Source: Octopus sinensis | Lineage: Eukaryota | Direction of reading: 5' to 3' | Assembly (NCBI RefSeq): GCF_006345805.1 | Contig: NW_021836587.1 | Coordinates: forward strand, 1 to 23,761 | DNA length: 23,761 nt | Shown here: in pieces, positions 21,345 to 23,761 of the stretch | Position numbering within the stretch: position 1 is the first letter of the stretch | How the letters are laid out: each line of letters begins with the position of its first letter | Program-made: the position numbers and the translations under genes | The notes under the pieces: model-generated | What the model was told of the DNA's origin: nothing | What the model saw: the letters and a program-made list of their open reading frames with translations, nothing else | The model's database searches: none

Positions 21345-21778
21345 TGAGGTGAGGTGTATGCTGTTGCCGGCGGTGTCCACCCTGGGTCCATCTGCTGTGG
21401 CTGTCCTGTGAACTGTGGGCAGTTCCATCTGCGAGCCTGAGCCTGATGGAGCCAGGTTAGCTGCTGTACAATCTTTTGTGCCATGCACAAAAAAGATTCC
21501 TGCTCAGCAGCTGCCCTTTCAACAACACGTTGGTGGTTTGTGGTACGCACCACATCTGCGTACCTCCATTTTGGGGCAGGTGATGCGTGGTCCATCCCAT
21601 TTCCTTTCGGTGGTTGGTTTCTGTGGCAGGGTCCTGGATGTGCAAAGCGGCAGCCTGCACCTTCCTCTCCATGCCGGCAGGCACCTTTCAGGTAGAACCT
21701 ACATACCCGTGTGCGCTGCTTGTTTCCATCCTTTTTGGCATAAGGGTAGTTAGGTTTGCCTCTATCCCTGGCTGCCTT
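21332..21778 (-). pseudogene. ORF1 C-terminal fragment with CCCH zinc finger
   Basis: Open frame [51 protein letters not shown]... to the stop at 21332-21334, which overlaps the ORF2 start (ATG at 21344). Confidence 0.75.
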
Positions 21779-21779
21779 G

Positions 21780-21797
21780 TATATATGTATAATATAT

Positions 21798-21828
<31 letters not shown>

Positions 21829-22308
21829 GTATATATATATGTATATATATATATATGTATTATATATGTAATATATGTATATATATATATGTATATATAT
21901 GTATATATATGTATATATATATGTATATATATATGTATATATATATATGTATATATATATGTATATAATATGTATATATATGTATATATATATGTATATA
22001 TATATGTATATATATATGTATATATATATGTATATATGTGTATATATATATGTATATTATGTGTAATATATGTATATATATATGTATATATATGTGTTAT
22101 ATATGTATATATATATATTGTATATATATGTATATATACATATATGTATATATGTATATATGTATATATATATATATGTATATATATATGTATATATATG
22201 TATATATATATTATATATATATATGTATATATATATGTATATATATATATATGTATATATATATATGCATATATATATATGCATATATATATATGTATAT
22301 ATATATGT
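21780..22308. repeat. (TATATG)n-type microsatellite separating two divergently oriented CR1-group fragments
   Basis: Direct observation. Confidence 0.97.
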
Positions 22309-23165
22309 AAATTTGAACTGATCCACTTTGGAAGGGAGGACGCTCTGAAACTCCCATACTCTCTTCCTTCTGGAGAAATTCTCATGGCATCCAACAACAT
22401 CAGAGACCTGGGAGTAACAGTGGACAACAACATAAGCTGGGCTACACATATAAGCAGCAAAGTTGACATGGCCCGCAGAATGTGTTCCTGGATTCTCAGA
22501 ACCTTCCAGTCGAGAGATTCCCATGCTATTATCCTTCTCTTCTCCACTTTTGCCTGACCCCACCTTGAATACTGCTGTCCACTGTGGTCTCCCTACACAA
22601 AACAAAATATTATGAGAATTGAAGCTCCCCAAAGGTCAATCACAAAAAAGATAGATGGCATGTCAGACCTTGACTACTGGGGTAGACTAGAGAAGCTGAA
22701 ATTGTATTCACTCCAACGACGCCGTGAACGCTACATTATCTGTATGATGTGGAAAATATTCCACCAGCACTGTCCGAATGATGTTGGCATCACCTTCAAA
22801 AAACATCCAAGGCTTGGACCACGTGCCATCCGTCCGCAACAAAAATCTAAATCACATCACATAACGACAATACGGCACAACTATTTCACCTCAATTGGAC
22901 CTGCTCTCTTCAACATTACACCAGGGCACGTCAAAAACGAAACTGAGCACACAAAATTCAAGAAGTCTTTGGACAAATTCCTTCAAACAGTACCGGACAA
23001 ACCACCCACACCCGGATATGTCTCCGCAAACAATAACTCTCTGCTCGAATGGGCCTTGGTGCCCAAATCCTGAACTGAAAGACTTCACCAGGTGGTGCTA
23101 TTAAGTTAGACATGGCCTGGGCCAATACTGGCCAAAACCTTTCTAAGTTATTCTAAGTTATTCTA
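22309..23165 (+). mobile_element. 5'-truncated CR1-group LINE (RT thumb and C-terminal domain, 3' stem-loops, (CTAAGTTATT)2 tail), different subfamily from 19714-21779
   Basis: KFELIHFG...[18 protein letters not shown]...WILRTF..RD...[16 protein letters not shown]...YWGRLEKLKLYSLQRRRERYIICMMWKI...IGPALFN...LDKFLQTVPDKPPTPGYVSANNNSLLEW*, stop at 23071-23073. Confidence 0.93.
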
Positions 23166-23318
23166 TATATATATGTTATATATATATATGTATATATATA
23201 TATGTATATATATATTGTATATTATAAATATATTATATATATGTATATATATATATATGTATATATTATATATAATATATATTATATATATGTATATGTA
23301 TATATATGATATATATTT
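23163..23318. repeat. TA-rich microsatellite
   Basis: Direct observation. Confidence 0.93.
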
Positions 23319-23498
23319 CTCCTAAGTACATAGACGCTCCCTCTCTCTACTTTCTCCCTACCCCTATTGCACTATTAGATTAATATAAATTAATATAATA
23401 TAATATAATATATTTCCTCCCTTCCTCACAATCACAATCTCTTCCTCTCTCCTCCCTTTTTCCCTCACAGCTTCTCTCTCTCTCCCCGCTACAACGGA

Positions 23499-23761
23499 AT
23501 GGACAACATGCAAAAATTAGAGGTGAATGCAAACACTGGTGTCAACAAAAGCCAGCGTAACTGGACGAAAGTAGAGCTGGAAGTTTTCATCAGAGGATGG
23601 AGCTCGGCCGACAGATCGCAACCAACTAAAAACATAGCGGCGACCCTGAAAAGCCATGGCTTTATGAGGACGTTGGCGCAAGTAGAGAGAAAGAAGAGAA
23701 GTCGAAAGGGCCTACACTCTCATTGCACCACACATGGCTTTGCTAAGCCAAGTCCTCAAGG
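23499..23761 (+). CDS. Open reading frame with Myb/SANT-like motif, truncated by the window edge (host exon or transposon ORF)
   Basis: 87 codons with no stop: MDNMQKLEVNANTGVNKSQRNWTKVELEVFIRGWSSADRSQPTKNIAATLKSHGFMRTLAQVERKKRS... This fits the WT..E...(L/F)...W...IA..L...G(F/Y).RT..Q...K pattern. It is absent from the ORF track, presumably because it has no stop inside the window. Confidence 0.6.
   Translation, partial: MDNMQKLEVNANTGVNKSQRNWTKVELEVFIRGWSSADRSQPTKNIAATLKSHGFMRTLAQVERKKRSRKGLHSHCTTHGFAKPSPQ

Larger units (their letters stand above)
19714..21779 (-). mobile_element. CR1-group LINE: ORF1 C-terminus (CCCH finger), AP endonuclease, linker, RT deleted, C-terminal domain, 3' stem-loops and (AAATC)n tail
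   Basis: APE motifs LLNIRGL, IALTETHL, GGVAMYI, YRPP, MGDFNLP, TLDL and SDHN. C-terminal SYWERLKRLKLYSLERRRERYAIIYIWKIL...GPRLFNVLP...LDLFL...DEP. No RT motifs lie between the linker and the C-terminal domain. Confidence 0.92.

Noticed and set aside
22309-23073. Idea that the plus-strand CR1 fragment is the RT piece missing from the minus-strand element (an inversion)
   Set aside because: It carries its own C-terminal domain and 3' end, clearly diverged from those at 19746-20233, so it is a separate subfamily insertion.

Overview
This is AT-rich animal genomic DNA, most likely a cephalopod such as Octopus. That assignment comes from my recollection of the SINE motifs and is not verified. The window is almost entirely decayed transposable elements and microsatellites. 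In order: a Penelope-like (GIY-YIG, Neptune-type) retroelement relic followed by two minimal hammerhead-ribozyme-like motifs; two copies of a (TGA)n-tailed SINE, one carrying a structured ~61-bp A/B tandem array; an old I-group-like LINE relic; an RTE 3' fragment; a Tx1/L1 3' fragment sitting in a (GATA)n microsatellite; a full-length dead mariner (DD34D); a piggyBac MITE next to an internally deleted piggyBac; an unclassified 400-bp element with 50-bp inverted repeats; two CR1-group LINE fragments embedded in TA-rich arrays, one with its whole RT domain deleted; and a Myb/SANT-like ORF running off the right edge. No intact host gene is recognisable, only one moderately supported orphan exon on the minus strand (4662-4772) and a few weaker candidates. 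Most long ORFs in the supplied track are microsatellite artefacts. There is no CRISPR array or prokaryotic system. The most promising novel signals are RNA-structural: the register-shifted complementarity in the SINE array, the covarying hammerhead pair and the shared CR1 3' double hairpin. Possible (GATA)n targeting by Tx1 and the RT-less CR1 are also worth checking. All alignments and folds were done by eye.
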